Under the pieces are notes generated by a model that saw nothing but the letters and a program-made list of their open reading frames with translations, had not been told where the DNA came from and did not search any database. This document shows, one piece after another, positions 35,851 through 36,330 of a DNA stretch of 36,330 nucleotides. Source of the DNA: a virus (lineage: Duplodnaviria; Caudoviricetes); IMG/VR virus record IMGVR_UViG_3300022742_000101, positions 1 through 36,330 of that record; one strand, 5' to 3'. The position numbers and the translations under genes were made by a program. The stretch's first letter is position 1; each line of letters starts with the position of its first letter.

Positions 35851-36330
35851 ATGACCGAGCAAAACAACGGCGCTGCCGAAGACAACGCACCACAATTCTC
35901 CCTGCAGCGCATCTACGTGCGTGACCTGTCGTTCGAAGCGCCGAAAAGCCCGGCGATCTTCCGTCAGCAGTGGGAGCCGAGCGTTTCCCTGGACCTGAAC
36001 ACCAAGCAGAAAGGCCTGGAAGGCGACTTCCACGAAGTGGTCCTGACCCTGTCGGTCACCGTGAAGAACGGCGACGAAGTGGCCTTCATCGCTGAAGTCC
36101 AGCAAGCCGGCATCTTCCTGATCAAGAACCTGGATGCGGCCTCGATGAGCCACACCCTGGGTGCGTTCTGCCCGAACATCCTGTTCCCGTACGCGCGCGA
36201 AGCCCTGGACAGCCTGGTCACCCGTGGTTCGTTCCCGGCGCTGATGCTGTCTCCGGTCAACTTCGACGCCCTGTACGCGCAGGAAATGCAGCGCATGCAG
36301 GAAGCCGGCGAAGCGCCTTCGCTGCAATAA
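35851..36330 (+). CDS. secB: Protein-export chaperone SecB
   Basis: [22 protein letters not shown] and [11 protein letters not shown]. Confidence 0.98.
   Translation: MTEQNNGAAEDNAPQFSLQRIYVRDLSFEAPKSPAIFRQQWEPSVSLDLNTKQKGLEGDFHEVVLTLSVTVKNGDEVAFIAEVQQAGIFLIKNLDAASMSHTLGAFCPNILFPYAREALDSLVTRGSFPALMLSPVNFDALYAQEMQRMQEAGEAPSLQ

Overview
Positions 1 to ~35000 are a near-complete Mu-like transposable prophage with a contractile tail, in a Pseudomonas-type host. It reads mostly on the minus strand. From the left end near 35000 the order is: CI-type repressor, ner, MuA, MuB, early/middle genes, Mor/C activator, lysis cassette, terminase, portal, MuF, G, I/Z, capsid, tail and baseplate, tail fibre and chaperone. 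The right end lies outside the window. The phage sits just upstream of the host rhodanese-grxC-secB operon. Signals the ORF track misses: (1) a convergent ~80-nt structured RNA with its own sigma70-like promoter, terminator and kissing loops directly after a MuF-nuclease (PBECR2-like) gene that has no downstream immunity ORF, a candidate RNA antitoxin; (2) a complete type II hammerhead ribozyme; (3) three late promoters with a shared dyad and identical spacing, two apparently leaderless; (4) a -1 frameshift in the tail chaperone; (5) an embedded o-spanin; (6) an opposite-strand zinc-ribbon moron between the terminase genes; (7) a candidate central gyrase site. All family calls come from motif recognition and synteny, not database searches.
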